From Mustelus asterias (taxonomy: Eukaryota): a stretch of 64,000 nucleotides of DNA. The stretch is from contig NC_135830.1 of assembly GCF_964213995.1 (NCBI RefSeq), positions 19,282,001-19,346,000 on the forward strand. Reading direction: 5' to 3'. Positions 26,201 through 37,869 of this stretch are shown one piece after another. Positions within the stretch are counted from its first letter, which is position 1; each line of letters starts with the position of its first letter. A model generated the notes under the pieces. The model did not search any database. It saw nothing but the letters and a program-made list of their open reading frames with translations, and was not told where the DNA came from. A program made the position numbers and the translations under genes.

Positions 26201-29200
26201 ACTTCAACAAGACGTTCCAACTCCTGTATTCAATATTCTGACCAATGAAACCAAGCATTCTGAATGCCTTCTTCACAACTCTGTCCACCTGTGACTCCAC
26301 TTTCAATGAGCTATGAACATGTCCCCCTGGATCTCTTTGTTCTGTAACTCTCCCCAATGCCTTACCATTAACTGAGTAAGTCCTGCCCTGGTTCAATCTA
26401 CCAAAATGCATCACCTCGGATTTATCTAAATTAAACTCCATCTGCCATTCGTCAGCCCAGTGGCCCAATTGATCTAGATCACGTTGCAATCGTAGATAAC
26501 TTTCTTCACTGTGCCACCAATCTTCGTGTCATCTGCAAACTTACTAACCATGCATCCTATATTCTCATCCAAATCATTAATATCGATGACAAATAACAGC
26601 GTTCATCCCTGAGGCACACTGCTGCTCACAGGCATCCCGTTTGAAAAACAACCCTCTAAAGCCACCCTCTGGCTTCTGTCAAGAAGGCAATTTTGTATCC
26701 ATTTAGAGACCTCACCCTGGATCCCATGGAATTTAACCTTATGCAACAACCTACCATGAAGTACCTTGTCAAAGGCCTTGCTAAAGTCCATGTAGACAAC
26801 ATCAACTGCACTGCCCTGGTTACTTTCCTGGTTACCCCTTCAAAAAAACTCAATCAAATTTGTGAGACATGATTTTCCACTCACAAAGCCATGCTGACTG
26901 TCTCTAATCAGTCGTTGCATCTCTAAGTGCCTGTAGATCCTGTCTCTCAAAATACCTTCCGACAACTTACCACCACAGATGTGAGGCTCACTGGCCTGTA
27001 GTTCCCAGGCTTTTTCCTGCAGCCCTTCTTAAACAACGGTCAACATCTGCCACTCTCCAATCTTCAGGCACCTCACCCGTGACTATCGATGATCCAAATA
27101 TCTCTGCCGGGGGCTCGCAATTTCTTCCCTCGCCTCCCACAATGTCCTGGGATACACTTCATCAGGTCCCGGGAATTTATCTACCTTGATGCACTTTAAG
27201 ACTTGCAACCTCTTTCTCAGTGATATGTACACTCCTCTAGACATCACTATTTATTTCCCCAAGTTCCCTAACTTTCATGCTTTTCTCAACTTGCCCTTCA
27301 CTCTAAGAGGAATGTGCTTACCCTGAACCTTAGTTAACACACTTTTGAAAGCCTCCCACTTACCAGACATCCCTTTGCCTTCTCACAGACTCCCCGAATT
27401 AACTTTTGAAAGCTCCTGCCTGATACCATCAAAATTGGCCTTGCCCCAATTTAGAATTTTAACTTTTGTGCCAGACCTATCATTCTCCATGGCTATCTTA
27501 AAACTAATGGAATTATGGTCACTGGTCCCAAAGTGATCCCTGACTCACAAGTCTGTCACCTGCCCTTCCTTATTTCCCAAGAGGAGGTCAAGGTTTGCCC
27601 CCTCTCTAGTCGGGCCATCCATATCCTGAATGAGAAATTCCTTCTGAATACACTCAACAAATTTCTCTCCATCCAACCCTCTAATACTATGTCCCAGTCA
27701 ATGTTGGGAAAGTTAAAATCTCCTACTGTTATCATCCTATTTTTCTGGGAGCTATCTGTAATCTCCTTACATTTTTACTCCTCAGTTTCCCGCCGACTAT
27801 TTGGGGGCCGATAGTACAACCCTGTCAAAGTGATTTCCCCTTTCTTATTTCTCAGTTCTACCCATATAGACTCAGTGGCCGAACCCTCGGATATATCCCC
27901 TCTCAGTACGGCCATGATATTTTCCCTAATCAAAAATGCAACTCCCCCTCCTCTCTTACCTCATGTTCTATCTTTCTTCTGGCATCTGTACACTGGAACA
28001 TTGAACTGCCAGTCCTGTCCCTCCCTTAGCCATGACCTGACTTCATCTGCCTTGCCCGTCAGGCCTCTTGCATTGAAATAAACGCAGTTTAAGCTGGACT
28101 TCCCTTGCTCTCTGTCTTTCTTTTGCCTGATCTGTCTGGTACTCGGATTACTGACACTGCCTTTACTGCTTAATGTGCTCTCTTTAATTTCTGTGCTGTC
28201 CTCAAATTTTTCTTCTGTCTCCTTAATGCTTTGGATCCCACCCCCCTGCCAAACTAGTTTAAACCCTCCCGAGTGGCTCTAGCAAATCTCCCCGCCAGGA
28301 TGTTAGTCCCCCGCCAGTTCAGGTATAACCCATCCCTCTTGAACAGGCGGCCCCTTCCCCAGAAAATATCCCAATGATCCAAAGATCTAAATCCCTACCC
28401 CATGCACCAGCTCTCAAGCCACGCATTCACCTCACGCATAGCGAGAGGGTTCGAGCCGACTTTGTAGTTAAAGCGGTGCACTGCCCAGAAAACTGACCAT
28501 AAGTGGGTTTCGCACATTGAAAAATTTCGTTCCACTGGAGTTGGTATGCGGGAAGCATAAGCGATTGGGCTGAGTCATCCGTGCCGTTCTTGGAGGAGCA
28601 CGGTAGCTAGTGTGCTGTCAGTGGCTGCTACTTCAAGGGCAAAAGGGAGTTCAGGATTGGTTACCTGTAAGGCAGGGGTTTGTGCAAGGGTGTTTGAAGT
28701 CTGAAACTGCTTGTGCGTGTCGCGCAGTCCAGACCCATGGGATGTATTTTCGTAAAAGTTCGGACAGGGGAGCGGCTTTAGTGGCGAAACCGTCTATGTA
28801 GTTCCGGCAGTACCCCACCAAGCCTAGAAAGGAGCGCAACGAGCTCACGTTCTTTGGTAAGGGAAGGTGTGTTACAGACTCGATTCGCTTCCTTTCTATC
28901 TCGTGCTTTCCCTCAGTCACTACTGTACCCAAGTAAGAGACCTGTCGTCTCATGATCTGGGTTTTCTTGGGATTTACCTTTAATCCTAATGTAGTGAGGA
29001 GGTTGGGCGGTTCATCCAATCATTTGAGATGTTCCCCTCTTGTTTCAGTCTGTAAGAGGAGATCATCTACGTATTGTACCAAACATTCTGGTTTGGGAAT
29101 CCCTCCAAGCCCTTCGCTAAGCGTTGGTGAAATATGGAGGGGGAGTTATGAAAACGTTGTGGTAAACACGTCCAGGTGAACTGTTGTCCCTGGAATGTGA

Positions 29201-29765
29201 AGGCAAACTTGTATTGACAGTGGTGATCTAAGGGAATTGACCAGAAGCCGTTACTGATGTCCAACAGTGTGAAAAGCTTTGCGTGTAGGGCTTGTTTCAT
29301 CATGGCCTCTGGGCCAATCGCCTCTGTGGTGGCTGTGATTGGGGTGGTCTGATTTAGGGCTCGATAATCAATTGTGAGTCTCCATGAACCGTCCGGTTTC
29401 CTTACCGGCCATATGGGGGAGTTGTTAGTGGAAGCTTGTTTTAATAAACTGCTAATCACATTGGCCACTTCCCCTTCGGCTTGCTTAGGGAAGCTGTACT
29501 GTCTTTGGGGTTTAGGGTCAGGACCTTCTATGATTACCTCCCCTGTTATTCGGCCACAGTCATGCTTGTGACTGGCGAATGCCTACGTGTGTTTGGCTAA
29601 TATGCCCTGTGCTTCAGGGTCCTCCGTCATTTCTGTGGGCCTGATCCACAATTTTCCAAAAGTAGAGATTCTGTCCACACACCTGCCGGTGGCCACCTCG
29701 ACTGGGGATTGACAAGTGGTTGGCATTAGCCAAATACAACAATTCGCGGGATCAAACGATAGCAA
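23228..29765 (-). mobile_element. Defective pol of a retrovirus-like LTR element (RT, tether, RNase H, integrase), split by a CR1 at 25631-28438
   Basis: RT: NSPIWPVRKPDGSWRLTIDYRALN, LDISNGFWSIPL, LPQRFHNSP, QYVDDLL (~29055-29075), LRSFLGLVGYCR. Tether: PFALEVAAT..VLLQ..PIAYASR. RNase H: KIFVD..SAQAAELAAI..GNIRADELAK. IN: HHCC zinc finger, QIDYIGP, SDQGTHF, GIVERMN, GPY-like PKYARPY. Confidence 0.9.
25631..28438 (-). mobile_element. CR1 LINE including ORF1 esterase C-terminus, endonuclease remnant and RT (internally deleted, degraded)
   Basis: ORF1-like EVNAWLESWC..DHWDIFWGR..DGLYLNWRGTNILAGRF at ~28255-28435; RT fragments 25846-26853; CR1 3' UTR at 25631-25850. Confidence 0.88.
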
Positions 29766-29770
29766 ACGAT

Positions 29771-30030
29771 GGGCGGCACGGTAGCACAGTGGTTAGCACT
29801 ACTACTTCACAGCTCCAGGGACCTGGGTTTGAATACCAGCTCGGGTCACTGTCTGTGTGTAGTTTGCACATTCTCCCTGTGTCTGCGTGGGTTTCCTCCG
29901 GGTGCTCCGGGTTCCTCCCACAGTCCAAGGATGTTCAGGCTAGGTTGATTGGCCATTCTAAATTGTCCCTAGTGTCCCGGGATGCATAGGTTAGAGGGAT
30001 TAGTGGGTAAATATGTGGGGATATGGGGAT
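29771..30030 (+). mobile_element. HE1-like V-SINE, 3'-truncated
   Basis: Head and V-domain present; sequence breaks off after GGGGATATGGGGAT. Confidence 0.88.
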
Positions 30031-31969
30031 AACTTTTGTGGGTTAAAATAGGGCAGCTGGAATACAAAGTAAAAATAAAATGTGATTATATTTAAGTAAA
30101 AGTCATATACATGTCTGAATGTTTCCATCCAGTCACTTAAAGTTTGTTGTTTAACATTGATTCAGTGTCAGGGTGATTTACCTAAACCCCAATTATTTCA
30201 GCAAGTTCTAAGTAGAACCATGTTTTGGATTATTGAAAACAGTTTTTAACCATTTCAGTATAGAGTGCAGCTAATTGCCAAGAAAACTCACTAACGATTA
30301 GCAAATCTTGCAATATAATATTAATGCTAACAAATCAATATAAATGACCTCCCACAATTGAGGATTATGCCGGCGAGCAAAATAACAAAGGCTTTAGAGA
30401 ATTTTTAACGGCACCTGAAATGAATTTAGAAAACAATGCATCTATTTGCTCAGCTCCATAAGGTGTTTCGTCCTTGATTACTTTGCTGATTGCATTTAAT
30501 CAGTTTCAATGTAAGTATTTCCTGGGTTGTTTAATTATTACCTTGACACTGAATCTCTATTACGGACATTAAGCTACCCCCAATCTGTTATATTCGATCT
30601 GGTCATTATTTTAGCGAAACTGCATTTTGTTCAGTTTTCTATATTTCATGCATACTGCAAGTAATAGCTGATAGTCGAAACAGGATCGGTAAATTTTAAA
30701 GAGGTTATGGAATTATTGTTGTCATAAGTTGATCATTGATCAACTAGAATCAAACAGATCGAATGAAATTGACAGATTGAACAGATCCATCTGCTGGGAA
30801 CTCGATTGTTTTACCCTTTGTGTCCTGTTTTGTGCCAGTGGCCATTGTGTTGTGAGCAGGAATTTTCCAGCTTGTTTGTAAACCTTCTGGTTCGTTCTCC
30901 TGTATTGCAGGGAGTAAAAATGGATTTATTTTTCACTAAACTTGCATCTGCGAGGCATGCAAAAGTTTGACTTGATGTTTGGCCAGGTGCCTCAGAAATT
31001 CCATTTCTCACTCAGATTGTGACCATCAGAAAGAACAATTCAGAAACGACAGACAGACTGTAGAAGCAGATTTGATTGATGTATCTCTCTTGTGAATGTT
31101 TGGTTAGGCAATGCATTGAGATATTTATTCACTCTTATTCCGTACTCGAGCAGTCCTTGACCTTTTCAATGTGGTAGTGTGAGAGAGAGTGCGTGTGTCT
31201 GACAGAATGCACCTGATCCGGTGTTTTTTGCAATTATTACTTTTAAATCCACCCTTCCAACATTTGACATGGATTTGCCAGGGTATGAGAGGGAGTTTTA
31301 CTCGATATCTTAAAAGGCCCGCAGGACATTTTCCCCGCAGAGGTTAACCAAACTGAATCAGCATCGCACTAACTAACTGTGAGTTCCAGAACCTGACAAT
31401 AAATTATTCCGCTGCTTGTGTGAAATGACGCACGTTAGTTGATTTTAACAATCTTTCTGAAAAATGCGCACGTTTATTTCGATGAAGTAATTATGTTCAA
31501 GAATTTTGATCATCAGAAAGTCATTGAAAGCGTGTGAGGTGAACTTGAGCACAGTTTCAGAACAAACAGTCTCTGGAAGTGACGGTGATGCTCCAGAGAG
31601 CATGGTCTGTTCAGAGTTGATAGGAAGCTGCCAGTTATTTTGACAACTTAAATGACTATTGGTGTGACTCTCGCTCCAAATAATCGTCCTATTGAGCTAA
31701 TGTGTCTGAAAATATTAAATTGTTTTTTAAAATTTCACGGTCTGGCAAAAGCTGGAGTGCGGTCCAATTACCCATCTCTGTCACAACTCAGTGCAATGTT
31801 ATTGAAATATATTTACGTGAAAGATTTAAATATCTGTCCTACCCCTTGGCCCACGGGCCATAATCTACTCATTTACTCACCGCCACTCACTGTGAGAGTG
31901 GGTGAGAATGCGTGTGGAGCGTGAGAGTAATTTAGAATAGGAAGACTTGAAAAGTGAGCCAGACAGACA

Positions 31970-32830
31970 CTTACACACATCACACTCTCTCTCTCTCACA
32001 TGAATGCACATAGTTGCACACTGCAGACTCACACACTTACACTTTCTGTACCCTCTTTCTCATGCACGCAAATACCTCTCACACACATTCGCTCTCTCTT
32101 ACACGGAGATTTGCACATGCATAAACTTAATCTCGCAGACACATTCGCAACCTCACTCTCTCTGTCTCTCTGGAACTCTCTCTCTCACACGCACATTGTC
32201 ACACACATTCTTTCACACGCTCTCTCTGTCACTCACGAACATACATACACACCCTCACACACAGCCTCTCACACAAACATTCTTTCCATCGCACACAACT
32301 TTCACGCTCATTCTCTATCACCCACGTAGACTCTCTCAGACACACACGCTCTCACACAAACAGTTTCTCTGATCTCACACATACACATTATCTCACAAGT
32401 TCTCTCACATACACAAATGTACTCTATCACATACGCAAACGCTCTCAAATACACAGATTCTCTCTCAAACACACACTATCTTTCTCTCTATCTTTCTCTT
32501 TTTATCTCTCTATGTCTCACTCTCACCCACGCACACCAGCTCTCTCACAAACGAATTCTGTCTCTTTCTCTCAGAGACACATTCTCTTACTCTCCTTCAA
32601 TTTCTATCTCTTTCTCACACATGCAGACACTTCCTTTCACAAACAGAAGCAACCTCTTTCTCACGTTAACTCGACTACACACATTCTGTCACGCGCATTC
32701 TGTCTTTCATGAACAATCACATGCACTCTCTCTCTCACACGTGTACTTTCTCTCACATACTGTCTCTTTAGACACACATTCTTTCTGTCTGACACACTAT
32801 CTTTCAAACACATTCTCTCTCTCACAAACT
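31970..32830. repeat. Degenerate CA/CT low-complexity tract
   Basis: Interspersed (CA)n and (CT)n runs producing spurious H/T/S/L-rich ORFs. Confidence 0.9.
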
Positions 32831-32849
32831 CCAGAAAGCTGCAACTAAA

Positions 32850-34230
32850 AGGGAATTGGGGGTACTGGTGCTCAAAACACAGAAAGTTACCATACAGGTG
32901 CAGCAGGTAATCAGGAAGGCCATTGGTATGTTGGCCTTTATTTCATGGGGGTTGGTGTATAAATGTAGGGAGGTCTTGCTGAAAATGTACAAGGTACTGT
33001 TGACATCACATCTGGAGCACTGTGGGCAATTTTGGTCATTGGAAGCAGTTCAGAGAAAGTTCGATGATCCCTGGTATGGAGGTATTGTCCTTTGAGGAAA
33101 AGTTAAACATGGGGCGGCACAGTAGCACAGTGGTTAGCACTGCTGCTTCACAGCTCCAGGGACCCTGGGTTCGAGTCCCGGCTCGGGTCACTGTCTGTGC
33201 GGAGTATACACATTCTCCCCGTGTCTGCGTGGGTTTCCACTGGGTGCTCCGGTTTCCTCCCACAGTCCAAAGATGTGCGAGTTAGGTTGATTGGCCAAAC
33301 TCAATTGCCCCTTAGTGTCCCGGGATGCGTAGGTTAGAGGGATTAGCGGGTAAATATGAGGGTTAGAGGGATTAGCGGGTAAATATGTAGGGATATGGGG
33401 ATAGGGCCTGGGTGGGATTGTTGTCGGTGCAGACTCGATGGGCCGAATGGCCTCTTTCTGCACTGTAGGGTTTCTGTGGTGGGAATCAACACATTGGAAA
33501 TTAGAAGAATGAGAGGCTTTTTCCCAGGGTAGAAGAGTCAATTACTGGGGGGGGGCATAGTTTTAAGGTGCGAGGGGCAAGGTGTAAAGGAGATGTACGA
33601 GGCAAGTTTTTTACGCAGCCGGTGGTGGGTGCCTGGAACTCGCTGCCGGGGGAGGTGGTGAAAACAGATACGATAGTGAGTTTTAAGGGGCATCTGGACA
33701 AATACATGAATAGGATGGGAATAGAGGGATATGTTCCGCGGAAGGGTAGGGGGTTTTATTTCAGTTGGGCAGTATGGTCGATGCAGGCTTGGAGGGCAGA
33801 GGGGCCTGTTGCAGTGCTGTAATTTTCTTTGTTCTTTGTTCTTTGTGATCTCATTGAAACATGTAGGATTCTTAAAAGCCTTGACGGGGTAAATGCAGAG
33901 AAGATGCATTTAGGCTCATGGGAGAGTCCATGACCAGAGAGCAAAACCTGAGAATAAAGGGGTGCGAATTTAAGACTGAGATGAGGAGGAATTTATATCT
34001 TCAGTGTGTTGTGAGTCTTTGGAACTCCTTTCCACTGAGAGCTGTGGGGGTAGAGTTCTTGTGTATATTTAAGGCTGAGATGGATAGATTTTTGAATCGT
34101 AAAGGTTACAGGAAAGGGCAAGAAAGTGAACGGGAGGAATAGTGGATCAGCCATGATCATATTGAATGGCGGAGCACGGTGGAAGGGTCGACTGGTCTAC
34201 TCCTGTTACTATTCCTTATGGTCTTAACCT
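32850..34230 (+). mobile_element. Old CR1 3' part with nested V-SINE (33112-33480) and younger CR1 3' end (~33515-33845)
   Basis: CR1 motifs (GMLAFI, HLEHC.QFWS) resume after each insertion; the SINE has an internal tandem duplication of GGTTAGAGGGATTAGCGGGTAAATATG. Confidence 0.8.
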
Positions 34231-35327
34231 ATGCGAACCAGAAACGCGAAATGAGGCCTTGGTTATAACATATGTAGAACAATGTCTTGTTCCTGAAGAA
34301 TCCAAATTCATGCCTATTGACCGCAAAGTATCTTAGAACCATAGATAATTCATGACGCGGCAGAAGGGCTGCTTTCATTTATTGGGAAAGGTTTTGAATA
34401 CAATGCAAGAAGAGACTATTCAGCAAATCACGCCTGCACCAATAAACATAGAGAAAAATGAAACTGCTCAGCCATTTAAAAAATTTTTCCAGCACTTAGT
34501 CTGTAGCCTTGCAGATCCAGGTACCTTTTAAATAAGTCAACGTGTCATTCTCAATCGCCAACTTAGGCGGGGAATCCCAGGCGCCCACCAGACTCTGGTT
34601 GAAACAGATTTGCCACATATCCTCTCCAATCCTACCAGACGTTTTAGTTCGATGTCCCCTGGTAATTGGCCCCACAGCTCGGGGAAACAAATTATTCGAA
34701 TCTATCCTGTCTATGCCGCTCACAATTTGGTACAAAATAGTTGGATCATCCTTTCCCGTCCTCTTTTCTCAGGAAAAAAAAACACCTTGTAATCTCCCTT
34801 CACAGCTGTAATTTTCAAACCCTGAGAACATTTTTGTAAATCTCCCCTGAACTCTCTCCAGAACAATTATGACTTTCCTTTAGTATGCTGACCAGAACTG
34901 TCTATGAGGCTCCAGCTGTGGCCTAACCAGTGTTTCATACAGTTTCAGCAGTACACTACTGTTTTGCATTTAATACCTCACCCAATGAAGAACAGCATTA
35001 CGTATGCCTTATTGACCAACTTGTCCACTTGGCCTGCGACCGTCAAGACCTGTAGATATACAATTGAAGGTCTCTCATTTCTTCTATCCCTTCTTCCCGT
35101 TTATTGAGTATCCCCTAGTCCCCCGCCCCCCCCACTCCCCCTCCCCCCCGCGAAATGCATCATCTCACACTTTCGAGGATTGAATTCCATTCACCAACTC
35201 TCTTCCCACTCAGCCAAACAATAGATTTAATGCTGCAGTCGACAGCTATTCTGCTAAAAATATATTAAGTCATTTTATTTGTTATCAATTTATTCGACAA
35301 GTAATGTCTCACACGTGTTTCTTGAAG

Positions 35328-35641
35328 GTCCGAAAGATGACACACCTCGAACCGTTCTCCTCACCGTGAGTTTCAATGAAGAAAGCACAAGCAGCAAATT
35401 TGCAACCATCGCCTGTTCAATCATCGATTTCTATCCGAAGTCAGTGACGGTGAAGTGGCTAAAGAATGGACAGCCGATGGATTCAGGAATTGTCACATCT
35501 CCTGCCTGGGAAGTGAAGGGGAACTTCTCGGCGAGCAGTCGGCTGACAGTCTCCGCTGGGAATGGTTCAACAAAGCGGTCTTTACCTGCCAGGTCACTCA
35601 TCAAGGGCTCACCCAAAGTCAGAACATCACCGGAACTTGGG
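35328..35641 (+). pseudogene. IGHM: IgM heavy chain Cmu2 exon (frameshifted)
   Basis: AAG|GT..G|GTGAGG exon reading [79 protein letters not shown], a C1-set domain closely matching shark IgM CH2. One G is missing at 35558-35560 (314 nt). Confidence 0.9.
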
Positions 35642-36460
35642 GTGAGGGACACAAACAGATAAACAACAAATCATTTTGCACTCCGATGTTAATCAAAATC
35701 ATGAATGCATTGAAGTTAGTACAAAGCACAAAACAACTTCTAATTCTCCGCCATGTAGTCTGTTGCCATTCTGATTGAAATACCGTATTAGGATTGCTCA
35801 CCAGTCAGGTTTCATCACATCACCAAAGAATGTTTCACTCTACATCCAGGTCACAGAGTGAGAAGGCTGGACTTGATATCATCTTAACCCTCAGACAGCT
35901 AGTAGTATTTGGAGAGACTGTGTGTGTCAGGCATTTTTTTACAGGTAACAGCTGAGGGGCAAAGTATTGCGAACTTCGTCCATTTTATATATAAATTAGG
36001 GTTAAGTAATGCATTCCTGAGATCAGGAATGGTATATTTGTATTGCGAACGCTGCTGTGCTGATTCATTGCAATGATACCGGGGCTGAACAACTTTAACA
36101 GTGAGAATAGCTTTGAGAGACCAAGCTGATTTTCCATGACGTATCGCATGCTGGACGGTTGGTTAGCTCACTTGGCTGGACAGCTGGTTTGTGAGGTGGG
36201 GTTAACACCAAAATTGTGGTTTCAATTCTTAGGCCAGTTGAGGTTATCCATCTTAACCCTATCCCGCGCCTGAGGTGTAGTGATCATCTCCAGACAGTGT
36301 TCCTCTCAAAGGTAAGAGCAGCTTCTGGAACTGTAGCTTCATTCATGGAATATTAAGGACGGTAGTGAAAGATTGGTGTCCTTTAGAGAGTGAAGGTTAA
36401 GTTTTGACGTCCTGGTGCATGAAGATGGGACTTTGACTAATTTCGATTTTTGTTTCATAG

Positions 36461-36890
36461 ATCGTTCCGGGTGCAGTGAACCCAGTGTCACTCTGCTGCC
36501 TCCACCAACAGAACAGATCTTACTGGAGGGCGACAGTAACCTTGAGCTGCATCATTTCTAATGCTCGTTATGGAGTCAATGTGTCTTGGGTCCAAGAGAA
36601 GAAGAATTTGAAATCAGAAATTTCCTACCAGCCAGGAGAGGATCTTGACAGCGTGGTTAGCTACTTAAATATCTCAACACAAGCCTGGCTGAGTGGGGCT
36701 GTGTTTGAATGCGTGGTGAGCCATCAGGATCTGCCGATTCCATAGAACCATAGAAAATTACAGTTCAGAAACAGGCCTTTTGGCCCTTCTTGTCTGTGCC
36801 GAACCATGTTTTGCCTAGTCCCACTGACCTGAACTTGGACCAATAGAACCATTCTATTTCCTTTAAGGAAGTCCATCCACACGAAAACAG
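36461..36890 (+). pseudogene. IGHM: IgM heavy chain Cmu3 exon (frameshift plus LINE insertion)
   Basis: TAG|AT..G|GTTAGT exon reading [64 protein letters not shown][insert]LRKSIHTKT, matching shark IgM CH3. Extra G at 36528-36530. Confidence 0.9.
36741..36860 (-). mobile_element. 120-bp CR1 3'-tail insertion inside the Cmu3 exon
   Basis: CATAGAACCATAGAA tail and ACAGGCCTTTTGGCCC stem; flanked by TTCC; introduces TAG at 36743-36745. Confidence 0.85.
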
Positions 36891-37391
36891 GTTAGTCAAG
36901 AGATTTCAACGATAAATGAGTCACTGTGCCTTTTTCCAGTGTAAACGTAAGGGTCGGCATTCAGTATTCAATACCTTTCTCGTGCTCTCTGATTGATTAT
37001 TCCACTAACGAAAAGCTCTTGATCTGTATATTTTAAGAAGGAAATTGATAAGGAGATTAGTGATCAATTCATTGAAAACTATGCATTTTAATGGAGAAAG
37101 GTAGGAGAAGATTGGTGTGGAGATTAAACGCCAACACACAACAGTTGGGCCAAATGGTCTGCTTCTGTGCAGTAAACTTACTGCAACTTTCTAGTGCAAT
37201 CCCCTAAGTTCTCAGAGAAAAGGATTGTGTTCAGTTCTCTCTGAGCTGCGAAACCGGGCAGATCCAACATGGAAAATGAAAAACATCAAAATCTAAAACA
37301 AACACATTCCTCTCACTTCTGACCAGTGGTCTCTGGAACACTGACTCTGGAATTCTCCAGTTTAATTATGGTTATTCTCCATTTTCTGCAG

Positions 37392-37774
37392 CTAACAATC
37401 CTCGGGAGCCGTGCGTCTCTGTCCCCCTGCCCTCGGTGGAAGAGGTCTCCGCTCAGAAATTCAACTCCTCAGTGAGAGGTTTCTCCCCGCGAGAGATCTT
37501 CGTCAAGTGGACGGTCAATGGCAATGCGGTGAATTCTGGGAACTGCAAGAATACCGAGGTGATGGCGGAGAATGGCAGCAGCTTCTTCTTCATGCACAGC
37601 CTGTTATCCATTGTAGCAGACGAGTGGGACGGCGGCGCTTCTTACTCATGTGTGGTGGCACATGAAGCCATCCCCTTGAAGATCATTACCAGAACGGCTA
37701 ATAAATCCAGCGGTAAACCTAGTTTTGTGAAAATTTCCCCAACACTGGTCGACACCGTTAATTCATATCAATGA
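37392..37774 (+). pseudogene. IGHM: IgM heavy chain Cmu4 plus secretory tailpiece exon
   Basis: GCAG|CT start, then [82 protein letters not shown]. The first Ig Cys is lost by a short deletion. Internal TM donor AGCG|GTAAAC after 37712. Confidence 0.9.
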
Positions 37775-37802
37775 GAAACTGTCCTTTACATTTCAGTTCC
37801 GA

Positions 37803-37818
37803 AATAAAAAGTAATAAA
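37803..37818 (+). terminator. Polyadenylation signals for secretory IgM
   Basis: Two AATAAA hexamers (37803-37808, 37813-37818) about 30 nt after the tailpiece stop. Confidence 0.7.
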
Positions 37819-37869
37819 GCCTTTCATTCAACCCCGAGTAAATTACACCGCCGCTCAATTAACTTTGCG

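Noticed and set aside
30820-30860. RSS-like TGTTTTGT..CATTGTG upstream of Cmu2
   Set aside because: The spacer is about 9 nt (neither 12 nor 22/23) and no D or JH (WGxG) coding follows.
32000-32848. Several 66-143 aa ORFs rich in H/T/S/L
   Set aside because: They are translations of CA/CT low-complexity DNA.
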